This document shows positions 63,201 to 64,000 of a stretch of 64,000 nt of DNA, one piece after another. The translations under genes were made by a program, and so were the position numbers. Source of the DNA: Cetorhinus maximus (taxonomy: Eukaryota); NCBI RefSeq assembly GCF_964194155.1, contig NC_135882.1, positions 63,612,001 to 63,676,000 on the forward strand, read 5' to 3'. The stretch's first letter is position 1. Each line of letters starts with the position of its first letter. The notes beneath the pieces were generated by a model. The model saw only the letters and a list, made by a program, of their open reading frames with translations. It made no database searches and was not told the origin of the DNA.

Positions 63201-63816
63201 ATATTTTACATATCCCTGCTCATGTGACAGAATCACATGAGAGAACATGTTTTCATTATTTTTAATATCTTTATTTTTATTGGTAAAATTCTTCAGCTCC
63301 CTGAGGCAGCTCTGTGCCTCAGGGAGCTTTTACTGCATGCACCCACGTGCATGTGCAAACACCAGTGCTCGCGCTCCTGCCGTCTCCACCCTGGCAGCGC
63401 TGCTGTGCGTGTTTCATGCCGGCTAGCCATTAATTGGCCAGCCAGTGTGAAATCCATGTAGGGGCCCAATTATGGGCGGCGTTTGGCTTTGCGACCACTC
63501 CCGGGCCAGCCCACCGCGCCCACCCAATGAGGGAAAAATTCTGCCCACCATTTCTTACTACTTCTGCTAACTATGTATACATTACACCTCTTCTTTTGAA
63601 TTCAAGCCACTACAGTTTGTTTAAAAATACAAATGTTCCCTTTACACTTCACATTCTCAAACTTCCCATGTTTACCTAATTAACATTTCAAACCTAACTT
63701 CTCTTCTTACATCAAAGCACCCAGACTAGCTGCCTCTAATTCAATTAAGTCTTACACACACAAACTATTACTCTATTTTACAATAAATTTTACAATAAAT
63801 TAAATAAATTAGCATA
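60224..63816 (-). mobile_element. Decayed Gmr1-like Gypsy element: gag (SCAN-like), zinc knuckle and protease, with LTR remnants
   Basis: NMTKNLHLLPKF.EE, WALILKSVL.GKA, VLNAYELVPEAY, RELMIMEEFQN; protease RDTGADQSLI...LLGNDLA; no RT or IN seen. Confidence 0.75.
62963..63546 (+). mobile_element. Harbinger MITE, left end missing
   Basis: Colinear with 55790-56358; right end AAAAATTCTGCCC. Confidence 0.82.
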
Positions 63817-64000
63817 GGAAAGAAGGAGGTTCTAAGTGGTCTGGCAGGCTTAAAAGTAGATAAATCTCCAGGCCCGGATGAAATGCATCCCAGGTTGTTG
63901 AGTGAGGCAAGGGAGGAGATAGCAGGGGTGCTGACAATAATTTTCAATACGTCTCTGGCCACAGGAGAGGTGCCAGAGGACTGGAGGACAGCCAATGTGG
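63817..64000 (+). mobile_element. CR1 LINE RT region (runs off the window)
   Basis: LKVDKSPGPDEMHPRLL.E...IF.TSLATGEVPEDWRTANV. Confidence 0.85.

Overview
Eukaryotic, repeat-dense genomic DNA, most likely from a cartilaginous fish (shark). This assignment is inferred from the repeat repertoire: CR1 and L2 LINEs, a DeuSINE-like head, Penelope-type pseudo-LTR repeats and GGG...CCC Harbinger MITEs. The only host protein-coding gene is a TMEM200-family gene, most like TMEM200C, with a single coding exon (CDS 51232-52803, +). A probable CpG-island first exon ends at 11805, giving a ~39 kb 5'UTR intron. Nearly all other short ORFs are transposon debris. The most interesting structures are: (i) two diverged ~4-5 kb PIF/Harbinger transposons, each with convergent, spliced transposase and Myb/SANT genes, plus their non-autonomous derivatives, which carry conserved internal hairpins and non-TWA 3-bp target duplications; (ii) small Penelope-derived elements downstream of TMEM200 with minimal type I hammerhead-ribozyme cores (CUGANGA...GAAA...UH), two of them palindromic with a core on each arm; (iii) Gmr1-like and Mag-like Gypsy remnants, solo LTRs and a pogo element in nested stacks. 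All family assignments come from motif recognition by eye; no database search was run.
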